This document shows positions 14,011-26,553 of a stretch of 64,000 nt of DNA, one piece after another. A program made the position numbers and the translations under genes. Source of the DNA: Schmidtea polychroa (Eukaryota); the NCBI GenBank assembly GCA_044892525.1, contig CM097888.1:36580001-36644000 (forward strand). The letters run 5' to 3'. How positions within the stretch are numbered: position 1 is the first letter of the stretch; each line of letters starts with the position of its first letter. A model generated the notes under the pieces. The model was not told the DNA's origin. It ran no database searches and saw nothing but the letters and a program-made list of their open reading frames with translations.

Positions 14011-16499
14011 CAAGGGTGGGCAAACTTTTTCTATAAAGGGCCACATAGAAAACTTGATTGTTATCGGGGGCCGCATATATATTTTGTCTACTACTTTACT
14101 TTAGTTACAATTGTTACAACTTATGAAAATATGAATTGATGAGAATAGTCATGTATTTGTCAGTTTATTTCACATTCCCACTCTATTACAAAGGCACATT
14201 ACATTTTCAAATAGGAACTAAACGAATTGCTAATTTGGGAATAAGATTTTACTATTCATAATTATTCCAACAAAAGTTTATTGTTACACGTCATAATAAT
14301 TATGAAGACAAAGAAACTTTATTTACATACAAGCCGACCACAATGTACAAATATAATTAATGAGAAGTATGTAACTGTTCACAATTTTGAATAATTTTCT
14401 TGAACTGTGGAACCAGTTTACTGGTTGTGATTCGTATAACTGCATTTAAATTGCAGTTAGTCAACATCGATCTGTTCTTAGACTTATTTATTTTCATACA
14501 AGAAAACGCTTGCTCACAAATGTATGTGGACCCAAATAGTGACAAAAGCTTGGCAGCAAAGTGTTTTAGCTGCGGAAATACTGCTGCTAACAAACAGCCA
14601 TAAGAACTGACTTGAACTTCTTCAGGTCATTTTCTGCTTGTAAGTCAAGCAGTTCTAACTGTATATCCTCTGGGGCTGAATCAGCTTCTGCACTAAATGG
14701 CGAACTGAGGATATTGAAGAGTGGTTCTAGGGTTTTGAAGTCTTGGAACCTCCTTTCAAACTCCACAACCAAGGCATCCAACTGAGCCTTGTACTTGTCA
14801 GCCATTTGACCAGAAATGGTATTCTGATTCAGCAAAGGGAAATTGCAAAACCTGTTTTCACCAGCTTGCCTAGAGAACAGGGAGAGTTTTGCCTGAAATG
14901 ATTTAACATGTACATACATTCCATGTGCAAACAAGCTATTGCCCTGAAGTTTAACATTCAGCTCATTCAACTTTTCCATAATGTCAATGGCAAACATGAA
15001 GTCTGACTTCCACTCTTCGTTAACAATGTTAGTGGCAAAGTCACAAACAACCCCCTTCATCTCCAAGAACATAACTATTTTTTCCTTGAGATCCCACACT
15101 CGCCTTAATATCTTGCCTAGGCTTAGCCAGCGGACACTGCTGTGGTAGATAACGTCAGAATGTTCAGTTTCCAAATCTTTAAGCAGTGTCTGAAACTGCC
15201 TGTGATTAAGTGCCCTGGCTCTGATGAGTTTTATCACACTGACAACTGGATCAATAACATGCTTAATATGCAATGCAGCTTTACACAGACTTTCCTGATG
15301 GATGACACAGTGGAGAGGTAAAGTGCATGGTTAGGATGTTTTTCTTTAATTTTATTATTCATCAACTTCACCAGACCAACATTTTTTCCAGTCAAAGCTC
15401 GCGCTCCATCGGTTGTTACACTTGCCATCTTGTTCCACATCAACCCAGTTCTTTCAACACAGTTCTCAACAGAGTTGAATAAATCCTGGCCTGTGGTTGT
15501 GTCTTTGAGCGGCTCAACACAAAGTAATTCTTCAGTAAGCTCGAAACGAGTGTTTATTCCCCGTATAAATACCAACATTTGGGCTGTGTCCTGTACATCG
15601 GTACTTTCGTCCAATGCAAGAGAATACCACAAAAAGTCTTTGCTTGCATCTCGAAGTTGGTGCATCAAATTGTCACTTATCTTTTCAACACGCCTGACTA
15701 CGGTTCTCCTTGATAAAGAAATGCTGTCAAATCTTGTTTTCTGTCTGGACACATAATGCTTGCTGCATCTGGCAAGCATTCCTTAATGAACTCGCCGTAA
15801 GAAAAGGGCTTGTTACGTTTTACAATCTTATGGGACAGCATCAAACTGGTCTCGGTTGCAATATCTTGTATTACAGAATGTTTGGTGAGAACAGTTTGCT
15901 GCTTCTTTAAATTATTAACCAACTCCTGGCATTTCTTTTTTCTCTCTTCGTTTGTTAAATTGCGCCCGAAATCCAAATGTCTTGTTTCGTAGTGTCTTTT
16001 CAAGTTGTACTCTTTAAAGACGCTCACACACTCACGACACAGCAAGCAGACTGATTTGCTCCCAACGCTCGTGAAGCAGTATTTAGCAGTCCATTCGACA
16101 TTAAAAGCACGACATTCGTCTTCAATCTTTCTTTTTTTAGCAACACTCATGGGTAATTCAAAGTCTATTCGCTTTAAAATTACAATTTTTACAAAGACTT
16201 TCAAAATGTAAATTGTAAATAAAATCCTCTTCTGGTTGAGCGGAAAAGCAGTTTCAATGTTAACTAGTAATGACCAGTAATAAATAATATTCTGGAGCCA
16301 CAAAATCGATTTAATATCCATAAATTCGAATCAAAGCAATAAGAAATACATTTCAAAAATATAGACAAAACTGCAAGTCTAAGCTCCAAACAAAGAAAAT
16401 TAATTTCGCATAGGATCGCCACATGTACATGCATACGGGCCGCATAATATACTCTGTCGGGCCGCATGCGGCCCGCGGGCCGTAGTTTGCCCACCCCTG
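14011..16499 (-). mobile_element. Full-length hAT DNA transposon (Charlie/Buster/SPIN-like), 2489 bp
   Basis: TIRs CAAGGGTGGGCAAACT / CAGGGGTGGGCAAACT (1 mismatch). Perfect 8-bp TSD GTATAAAT at 14003-14010 and 16500-16507. Confidence 0.96.
14357..16150 (-). pseudogene. hAT transposase (SPIN/GTF2IRD2-like) broken by three frameshifts
   Basis: MSVAKKRKIEDECRAF..CLLC..FKEYNLKRHYETRH (BED-like finger), LALDESTD, TTDGA, RWLS and FGSTYICEQAFS are spread over four ORFs, with shifts near 15735, 15325 and 14590. Confidence 0.93.
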
Positions 16500-17229
16500 G
16501 TATAAATAAAAATGAGATTTATAAAAACTAATTTGTATGCTTTAAATAGTATTATTGCATTTATACTACGATGTAAAAATCAAGTAATATAATACTGTAA
16601 AAGTTGTCACTATGTAATTGGCAGATATAATGTATAAGTGCACAAATGTACCAAAATAAGTTTTAAAAGTGCATTTGTTGAAATTGAATTTTATTGGATA
16701 AACATTTTGAAAAGTCATTATTATAAAAATAAAATGTGAAATTATTTTTCTTTTAATATTTACAAATAATTTATACACTAGCAGTAAAGAAATAATTTAG
16801 AGTTAATTATTTTCCCAAAAAAAAAATAATTACCGCTCTAGTTTTGAATTGATTTATAAATCTATAAATCAATATTTCACATAATTCAATAAAGCAAAAT
16901 TTGCAATTTATGAATTGAATTTTCAAAAATGAATAAATCAAATTGTCATTTTTATAAGAAAAATATTTTCTATATAAATTCTGAATTGGAGTTTATCATG
17001 TTATTATTATTTTTTATTTAAATTCACATTTATGGTTCTAACATCTAAGTATAAAACTAACAATGAGAGTGAACTAAATATTTTGATAAATTTTGCGCCA
17101 AATTTAATTTCCATATTATTACCAAATAGGATTTATCAGATTTGAAAGTATATCGGTCATCAGTATGCAATTAATCGACTATAACTAAGGTAACGACGTA
17201 CTACTTTTTTGATAGCCTGTTCTGCCGAA

Positions 17230-17780
17230 TTTTATGTACTCCTTAAGTATTGTGTTTCTCGTGCTATGTACTTTTAACCTGTTTTGGATAATAATGTGAA
17301 AATCAATTATTATAGTTTTGATTGTATGGATTTTCAAAGAGAATTGCGAGATACAGGAAATATAAATTAAATTGGGAAGAGATTTTGAAGGCAGTTCATT
17401 ATATGATAGAAAATCACGAAATTATTATTGATGACAATTAACTCTTTGATGAAGTTAGGCAAGTAAACATGTATTGTTTCACGGAAAATTTATATGAATG
17501 CAATAAAAATAAAATAAGTGAGCATATTCATATAGAAAATTTGAAATTACTTTTTGAATTTGCAATGTGCTTACCTATACTAATTAGACAGCCGAAAGTG
17601 TATTTTCAATAATTAATGATTTCTAGAGAAGTGACAAGGCGAGATTAAACAGAAACGTTATCAGCAGCGACTTCAGAGAAGGTGAATCATCAGTATGCAT
17701 GTGAAGACTTTTGTAATGTTTTAAAGATTAAACATTTTTGAAAAAAAATTATTCAAATGAAAAATATCATGAAAAATAAA
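17230..17780 (+). pseudogene. Highly decayed hAT transposase C-terminal remnant
   Basis: Fragmentary translation WEEILKAV..IDDN/LFDEVRQV, LFEFAMCLP, AESVFSIIND, KARL, KVN, SNEKY resembles hAT dimerisation-domain ends. Many stops and shifts. Confidence 0.5.
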
Positions 17781-19228
17781 AATATTGAACTTTTTTAAAA
17801 AAAAATTTGTAAAGCGCAAAATAACCCGCACTTTTCCATCCTTTGTACTGCTTTTAATTTAAAAATTTGGCCACCTTACTATAATTATTTTTAATCGATA
17901 AAATGACAATGTTATTTCAGTTTTATCTGAAAATCAACTTTATCTATTAAATAAAGCAAAATTTATTCAGAAACATCATTTTTTTTATGTTCATCTTTGA
18001 TCTGTTACTTAATTAAAATTTCTTTAATCTTAGTTTACTTTAGATTAGGTAATACAAATTTTTGGCACTGTCTTTTAAGTTAATGAGAATATGAAAATCA
18101 CCAACGTATTAACCATGTTTATTTCAAATTTATTTCAAAATTTTCGGGGTTCTCACTTAACTTTGGGACAATGTTGCATATATGCGCATATGAAAATTTA
18201 GGAACCGTCCCAAAAAATGCAGTGTGATGAAAATTCATTAGCAGTTACACCTGCCAATTTATTATAGGACTCAAAAAAGGGTAGAAAAAGTTAATTAAAC
18301 ATACAAACATGACGCATGCCATTTCTATAATGAAACAAGCATTCTAAGCGGTAAAATACACCACCTAAAAAAATACACCCATTTTTAAGCAAATAATTTT
18401 TTTAACAAAATTAGAAAACATTTCCGAAGTCACTATTCGAAATACACTTTCATTTGCGGCAAACGAAGAGATTTGTGAATTTTAATTGTTTATTATTAAT
18501 AATTGTTGTTAATTTATGGGTAAAAATCATTTCCACTATATTTAAAATTACTTTAAAAAATCTTTTATAAAAGAGAAAAATTATGGCCGATTAGCTTAAT
18601 ACCTTTGTAAATTTTGCTAATATTTATTTAATTATTTATTAAATATAAAAATTAAAATTAACGTCTTTTTTGAAAAAACTTCCATTAAAATTCAAAGATA
18701 ATTGCCAAAATTTCATAAAAAAATAGGAATATTAATATGTTAACAGTAATTACTCTTTTATTGAGTGTAAATACTGCAAACACACTATAAAAGTTTTTAT
18801 CAAATGCAGCGCCATGTATTTATTATATCGCTGCAAAATGTCTGATATATTTTTGGGTTGAATTTATATACTTTACAAAAAGGCATTTTATAAACAAAAT
18901 ATTAACTAAATATTATTATTAGCTACAATTTATCTTCATTTAATGCGCACCTCCTAATTCTGAAAACAAAGTATGTATTAAACATAATAATTCTGATAAT
19001 GCATTATATTTTTTAAGTTATCTAATTGAATTTTTTCTAGTTCAAAGAAATTGTAGAGGTTGAAACGTGTTAATACATGGAGAGTAAAGTGAATTTGATG
19101 TCTCATTTTAAATGCACTATTTTAATTGGTGATTTCATTCTTTTTCTTTCACTAAAACTGATAAATGTTTATATTTTTATATCTAATTGTTTAAAATTTT
19201 TATTGTCAACAACGCGAATTTTTGTTAA

Positions 19229-19469
19229 CCCTTTCCAGCCCAAATTTTTTCAAAACAAAAAAAAAATATATGCAGTAAGTAGGTACCAAAACTACTTATT
19301 TTATCATAAAAATATTTTACTTCATTTTTTTTGTTGCCACCTGTGCCAACTGTTAAAAACATATCTTACTATAGTTCTCACTAGTTACTGCCAACCGTTT
19401 TGGTAGTAGAGAGAAAAAAACTGAGTTTTTAACTAATGATTCCATTTGGAATCACTGGGCTGGAAAGGG
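19229..19469. mobile_element. piggyBac-type MITE (241 bp)
   Basis: Perfect 14-bp TIR CCCTTTCCAGCCCA / TGGGCTGGAAAGGG flanked by TTAA on both sides. Confidence 0.92.
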
Positions 19470-20269
19470 TTAATGAATACTGGTTTAAGAATAATTGGTT
19501 AATAAAACTGGTTTAGTCTTTATGGATGAGTTTTATCGACCGTAGCTAATATTTGTTTCGATAAATTTTGTATCAATTCTAATGATAGACTAGTTTTTAA
19601 CTAATTTTACTGTCATTAGTAAAATATAAGAAACTCAATCCCTCTAGAAATCGAACACAGTGATATTATAATTAGGTTCGAGAACCTGTGAGTTATATGC
19701 CGATAAATATTCTAACAATATAAAAACCCAAAAATGTGATAAATTCTACACTGAAACTTGATGGTTATCAAAGAAGATTATTGATCTATTGTCATCTAAT
19801 AATACAGCAAAATTTAGATAAATTACTTCACTGAATAATTGAGATATCGTTGCATAATTGATAAATTATTATCAAAGCTCCTTGTATACAAATAATTATT
19901 CATATTGAATTCGTAATTCCTTTGATAATTTATCAAGACCAAACATTATTATACGATATTTAAACATTCATACGATATCAATCGAACATTTATATCATTT
20001 TAATAACTGGTTCCAATAGTGTTTATCTGTTAAATGAATATACTTACTATTACTTATTTTGAGGGTAATGAAAATACAAAATTGGTGTAAACAGTTCATT
20101 TACTTCAATGACTCCATCGAGATGATATACTTTAAATATATATATTTTAAATATTATTGTATAATGCTTTAAATACATGATTCTATTTTAAGGTTTTAAT
20201 CAGTATATTTCTGGCGTAAACATTTATATATAACCAAAATGTGTGTGTGTGTGTGTGGGGGGGGGGGGG

Positions 20270-20701
20270 GTGATTCATAAGTCTCTGTCTCTTTCACTGT
20301 TATCATGAAAGCAGTTTTTCTTGTCATATGTTGGTTGCGGTGACTATCACTCACATTTTCTCGTTATTCTTCTGCGAGTTGATTAAGTAACAAAAATTCT
20401 CTCTCCTAATGGATCCATGTGAACCTGAAATTCTGGCTAGTGCAGCCATTATTTACAATAGTTCAACTGAAAATTCGTTGGCAAAGATCCCAACCAAGAT
20501 GATTCAAGCTTGTTATCGCGAATTTGTGAAGCGTTGTGAAGTGTGCTTACGCGAAGAAGGACGCCATGTTGAATATCTTGTGTAACGTTACTTTTTGTAG
20601 TACTTCAAGTATTCCGATTATTTTTTAAAATAAATAGATGAGATTATCTTCAATTTAAAGTGTTTTATTGCTTTACAAACAGTGACAGACTTATAAATCA
20701 C
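20270..20701 (+). mobile_element. Internally deleted Tc1/mariner-like element
   Basis: Imperfect TIRs GTGATTCATAAGTCTCTGTC / GTGATTTATAAGTCTGTCAC. 20478-20585 reads LAKIPTKMIQACYREFVKRCEVCLREEGRHVEYLV*, a typical IS630-Tc1-mariner transposase C-terminus. Confidence 0.65.
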
Positions 20702-22879
20702 TTTTAAAATACATTTTTTCCTAAACTCCGATACAAATTTAATTCTTCACTCTCAAACTAAGAAACTCTCCGCAACGTTAAGATGCCTTGAAACAAATAA
20801 ACATCTTCAGTTTAAATTATTATCTAAGCGTTTCAAAAATTATTGAGAATGTATTACTTGTGGGGCTATTTTAGAAACATTTTAGAAAAAAATATTAGAA
20901 GTGCAATGTTAAAATTATTTCAAAGTCTTGTAAAGTTCGTACCATTTCCTGTAATAATTCCGTGACGCTTTTTAGTCAATGTTCTAATCTTGTATATCAA
21001 TTTACTTGTAATGGGTTTTATACTGTGCATATAGTGCATTCCATCTTCGTGTATTGAATGATTCATTTCTGGCTGGATTGAGACTGCTCTATTTTGAATG
21101 CAAGTTTATAATATGTAGTGCTAACTTGATTTAATGTTTATGTGATTATCTACTTCGTTGTTGATATACTTAATTAATTTTGATCAAAATAAAATAAAAT
21201 TATTTTTCAATGGCACCGAATATTGTGCTCCAATGTTTCAATTTATATTTTGTACCTGGGCATCGAATACTGTCGCTACGCCTCTGATTACAAATAAACA
21301 TATAAGTAAAATTGTTTTTATTCAAGTTGTTTATTGCCAGATGATGACAGCCAAGTTGTGGAATTATATTGCAAAATATGTTCTTTTATTTATTAGGAAT
21401 AATTGATAGCATTTTATTCTCTTTTCATCAGCATGCTTTTACATGTAACCTGGTTCATATTAAGATATTGTTGGGTCCCTCAAAAAGAGGTTTAATTTTA
21501 AAAGATCGATACAATACACTTATTATTACTTCTTTACATGGAATAAATATGCAAAAAAGAAATAATATATATTCTTAATAATATATGTTCTATTTCCGAT
21601 TTAAATACATTCATTCACATCAAAATCATTATAACATTTCTTTTTTCCTGAAGCATAGAGTTCGCAGATTATCATGTTCCATATTCAGAATACTTAAGTC
21701 AATGAGGGTGTTGTCAAATCTTCCTTCACGGACACGGATTAGTAGGAATTTTTAGTAATAACATTTTGTTTTATGTTTAGATGCTAACCTATCACTGGAT
21801 TGTTATATCAGGAACTAAGTATTGTCATTTTCCCAAATAAAATCTAAAGTAATCGACTTTTTTTCGTAGGAAATTATCAAATAAATCTGGCCTTGCATTT
21901 AACCTCTACTTGATGGTTTGTCTTTCCAGAGCCCGAGTTTCCTTCAATCAGCTATTTATTCTCTCAACTTGCATTTGTGACGGTTGTCGAGGATAATGTT
22001 GTTTATTTAATTTTATTGATTTATGACCATAATTAACTGTATAATTAATCAAATAATTTGATTTGTGTTATTAAACCTCCTAACTTCACCCTCTCATTAT
22101 CTAAAACCTATTGGTCATATACTCACTTTATTAATAATCATTCAGTTCATTCGATTCTCATAAAGTTTATTGATTTTTCCATATGTAATTCTAGTAATTA
22201 TTTGTGTGTTACTAAATAGAAATTGACCAAGCCTGGATTCGCCAAAATATGTATCAAATAAATAAAATATATTGATCAAAAGTTCGAAAGCAAATGGGGA
22301 TTTGGGAAATTGAAACTTTAAATTGTAGTTTTTTTAATTATATTTATCAATTGTTTATCTTATATATAAAACTCTAAATATGCCAAAGCTGCAAACTAAA
22401 AAGAGATTTTTTTGATAGCTCGATATAAAGTACAACATTTATTTTATCGTAAATGGTGCAAATTCGACGTTATAGTTTTTTTCTTCCTGCCAATTGTCAA
22501 TTATTCTCATGGACAACTGTTTTTGAAAACCTTTAAATTCACTGTCCTACAAATTAAGATTGCTGTGAGATTTCGTTGCTTTTCGTTTTCATTATATTCC
22601 TTCGCTTATGGTTTTATAGGCCGTAATCAGATCTAATTATATTCTAATTACTAATTATTAAAAAGCTTGACTATGAATCAATAAAAATATCGATGTCTAT
22701 GATATATTTACTGATTCATAGTCAAGCTATTTAATAAATACAATGTCAAAGGAAAAGAAATCAGTGGTGGAATTTGAAAAAAAATATTTTAATTACAAAT
22801 TATTAAAGTTAGAAAATTTTTATACCCAAAAAAATATGTAAATTTTCAAGGTGATTTTACTCGAAACAAAACGAAATTG

Positions 22880-23490
22880 ACTTGGATAAATGTTATGAAG
22901 GAATGAAGGAATGTATTAAAGCAGATATTAAGGTAAACAAGTTTTCTGAATTATTTAGTTTTATTAAGGATGGAGATGGGTAAGTTGAAGAGGAGGACGG
23001 AAAAATTAATTTTACGGACAGCTATGTTAGAAAGTTAGATATTTCAATATTTTAACTGAGAGAATTGACCCGAAATTTAAGAACTTGAGCATTAAAGAAT
23101 CTTCATTGTTGAATGATAAGGAGATTCTGATCCCTACAAATGACATGTCAGTAATTATGAATAATTCATTATTAATGAAGCTAGCATCTGAAGAATAGTA
23201 ACATATGAATCATTGATGTATATGGGGTAGAATACGATTCGTTACCCAGTTGAGTTTTTGTATACCCTTAGCTTAAATTACTCTAGACTTTATTACAAAT
23301 AGGGAGCTTCAATAGTATTGCTACACAATATTAAGCCTCAAAATCGGCAAACTCTTTTTATATTTATATTGTAACTATTAATATTATGCTAATTATAAAT
23401 AATGTGAAAAATGAAACTTAGTAATCGATTAAAACATGAATTAATTAGAAAAATATAACCGTAGCGAAGCACGAGAATACGGGTAATATA
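22880..23490 (+). mobile_element. Helitron RepHel helicase remnant with a Helitron-like 3' hairpin
   Basis: Fragments FSELFSFIKDGDG, ILIPTNDMSVIMN and RYPVEFLYTL resemble PIF1-type Helitron helicase motifs. CCGTAGCGAAGCACG near 23459 resembles Helitron 3' ends. Confidence 0.6.
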
Positions 23491-23513
23491 TAAATATATA
23501 AAGGATCACTGAC

Positions 23514-23695
23514 TCTATGTCGACCACTGGAACTGGTAGATGATTTCTCACGAAAAATAAGGGATTTGGAGTGAGGAAATTTTCCGCTAATAACTCACTG
23601 GGAGTCTCAGCATTGAAAGGCTTCTGATTGACAATTTTCAATGCTGGGTGACGTTCAGGGTCAGTACGGAAGGGATCAGCAATGCACTCATTGAT
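23514..23695 (-). CDS. SUOX: Sulfite oxidase exon 4 (INECIADPFRTDPERHPALKIVNQKPFNAETP...FFVRNHLPVP)
   Basis: Matches SUOX DP.RHPAL....PFNAE and FF.RNHLPVP. 52-nt upstream intron. The phase-2 GTCAGT donor joins exon 5 in frame (DIE|KFRLTVEG). Confidence 0.95.
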
Positions 23696-23747
23696 CTGGG
23701 ATATATTATGATTATTCTTGTGAACGATGACACGATTGTTAGATTAC

Positions 23748-24085
23748 TTTCTCATTTGGATCATTGACTAGCTCTCCGATTTCCAGTTCGTTTAAAATAT
23801 CCATTACTTCTTTGTTATCTTTGTGAACTGCATATAGTGACCAGTATGGTTCAACAGGCCCTCCAGCGGCAAGTTTAATTTTATCCCCGCCTGGATGTCT
23901 TTCAATGAAATTTGTTATGTCATACACTTTATTTTTATACGTAACCCATACTCCAGTTGCTTTCGATTTGTGTTTGCTGATTTCTTCTTTAGTGTACAAC
24001 TTTGCTGCGCAATATGCTGTCTGATGATTAAAGTTCTTTGAAACCTTTTTTATTCCAAAGTATAAAAAGCTGCCCAATAAAATAC
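23748..24085 (-). CDS. SUOX: Sulfite oxidase exon 3 (hydrophobic leader end plus cytochrome b5 heme domain)
   Basis: GVWVTYKNKVYDITNFIERHPGGDKIKLAAGG...YAVH with both heme His ligands. CAG acceptor at 24086-24088 and GT donor at 23747. Confidence 0.96.
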
Positions 24086-24127
24086 CTGGGTATTTTTAAT
24101 TTAAAAAAATTACTTACATTAATTTAC

Positions 24128-24224
24128 CGTAAATTGGAACTTTATAGCTGAACTTATCTGATTCTTCTGAATTGCTATTTTGTTTTGACTCATTTTCATG
24201 GTACCAAAGTGGAAATCTTAAATT
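24128..24224 (-). CDS. SUOX: Sulfite oxidase exon 2 (leader: NLRFPLWYHENESKQNSNSEESDKFSYKVPIY)
   Basis: Bounded by 48-nt and 42-nt GT-AG introns and keeps the frame between exons 1 and 3. Confidence 0.8.
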
Positions 24225-24272
24225 CTAATTATAATATATATAAAGTAATTTTTACATTACAATGACATTTAC

Positions 24273-24329
24273 TTTTAAATGAAACAAAATGTTATTTTTA
24301 TAAATTTTCCTAAGGAAGTAATTAGCCAT
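24273..24329 (-). CDS. SUOX: Sulfite oxidase exon 1 (MANYFLRKIYKNNILFHLK, mitochondrial presequence-like)
   Basis: ATG at 24329. Basic and hydrophobic with no acidic residues. Phase-0 GT donor at 24272, in frame with exons 2-7. Confidence 0.75.
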
Positions 24330-26553
24330 AAGATTTAAGACACGGCTAATTTTTAACTGAGAAAAATGAAAAAAATAATGACAAAATGATTTAAAATTAA
24401 TATTTAGGTCAAAATTAATTTTTGCAATTCAAGTCAAATTTTTTTCTGAAATACACATACTTTTACGATTATTAAAACGATAGTTATCAAGGTCATCTCA
24501 TGGAAATGAAATAATGAAATGAAAAGAAATAACTTTTACTCAATTCATCATTATCACACAGTTATACAATTTTGTTATAAATTTTATTTTATTTCATTCA
24601 AGTTGCTTATTGTATATGTAAAATTTATTTTTACATTTTCATATCTTGACTAAAAACTGAAGCAATAAATAATAATTTTTTATAAAATTTAAGATAAAAT
24701 TATTGTATGATCATTAAATGATTTACCATTTAAAATCGTTGTTTCGTTTCGGTTAGAATAAGGTCATTTGCTTCAATTCGACTTGTTTTTATCGACAGAT
24801 GTTGAAAAATGAGAAACAAAAATACAAATATTGTGATAGGTTGCGAGTGGAAAAACACTTCGTGCCTGTGCTCGGCCTGAACTGTCAAGATTTTGAATTA
24901 TATCCCTTTCAATATGTTACTGCACCTAATATTTTATATACTGCTAAAGGCCCGTCGCAAGCGACGTTGTGCTGCAATTTAGTAGGTGGTCGTCAGCAAA
25001 AGATGAGTATCCTCGCAAAGATTGTTAATGTTCTGGTGCGTCTCTGTGTTCATAGGGTATAACGCCTCATTTCCTCTTTTGCCCTCAACGTCATTTTTTG
25101 TTTATTTTAATTCTGTGTATTCGAATTTATCTAAGATTTCCGTTTCAAGATATTTAATTAATAAGAATACGAGCTTGTATGAAATTGGTTTAATCTGGAA
25201 CACTTTATGATTATGTACTTCGATTATATCAAAATATTTTGCAATTTAATTAATGAACTGGCTAATGTTGCTAAATAATGTTGTCGTAATTTAATTATTT
25301 TACGAACATTTGATTATAGTATATCTCGAACTAAAGATATGTTTATTAACTTGATAAATTTCATCTAAATTAGATACGAATAAAATGTTTATTTCTAAAC
25401 AAATGTCATTAAACTAATTTTATGATATGGAATTAACTAATATAGAAACAGGCACTTATGAAGAGAAAAGTGTAAAATATTTTTCAATGTTTTCCTAACA
25501 AAAATTTATGTGAAATTTATATTCAGAAAAGAATCTCATTAATAAATGAAAATTAAATAATTCAATTTATTCATTAATACTTTTATGGCTTAAAATTCAT
25601 TTATAATATATAAATGGTCATAATTGGATGTGGCGGTTTTTGAAATATTTTTGACATTATTTTAAATAATTTGCAGAGAAAATACTTTGTGGTCGCAGAA
25701 CCACTGTTCTCTATGTTGATGGTTTTTTTAAATTTAAAATAATTTTTTCGGTGGCAAAGTTTTATTAAATATATTTCAACCTACTTTAAGAATAAGTGAA
25801 GAACAAATTTATCATTTGTTAAATCTTAAAAAAATTGAATATATCACATATGAATAAATGAAACTACTGTGTAATTCATCAACTTATTATTTCTTTTATC
25901 TGGTGTGTTTTTATAAGAATCAAGATCTTGAGGAGTGATAATAATACTAATCGGCTTGAAAAAGTTTCTAACAGCAATATAATATTGCATTGCTTTTAAT
26001 TTCATTATTTTTTTTTGAATCAGTTACGTGCCTTGACAAATTATTTTCTTTAAATTTATGTTTGAATTAAAAGACTAAGTGAATGAAATTACATCATTAC
26101 TTTATTACTAGAGAAATTTTTTAGCATGTTTACCTAAAAATATTTTTCAATTCGAACTGTGTAGAAAGTAGAACAAATCCAATATCATTCCGCGAAATGT
26201 TTCCAGTGATACAAATAATATTTAAAAAAATTACAAATCAAGAAATAATAAAGAGAATAGTCCTCAAAATGAGAAAGAATTAACCTGAAGATTTCAAAAC
26301 ACAAAAGTATTTACATAGAAAAAAATACTCATTTTATATCAAGACTCTAAATTGTCAATCTACTCTTTGTGATCTGTGTAAATTGCCTGATAGTCCAGTA
26401 ATTAGATTTTGCATTAAAATGTTAAAAATTATTGGAGACTTTTCAATATTTTTTCACCTATTTTTATTTACCGACCGAAATTTTACGTACCGCATTAGGA
26501 GGCTCTCTGGTGCTTTTTCTATTTGATCGGTTTGCTATGTCCATTTGTTTATA

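Noticed and set aside
14400-16211. Plus-strand ORFs within the hAT element
   Set aside because: Antisense shadows of the transposase coding sequence.
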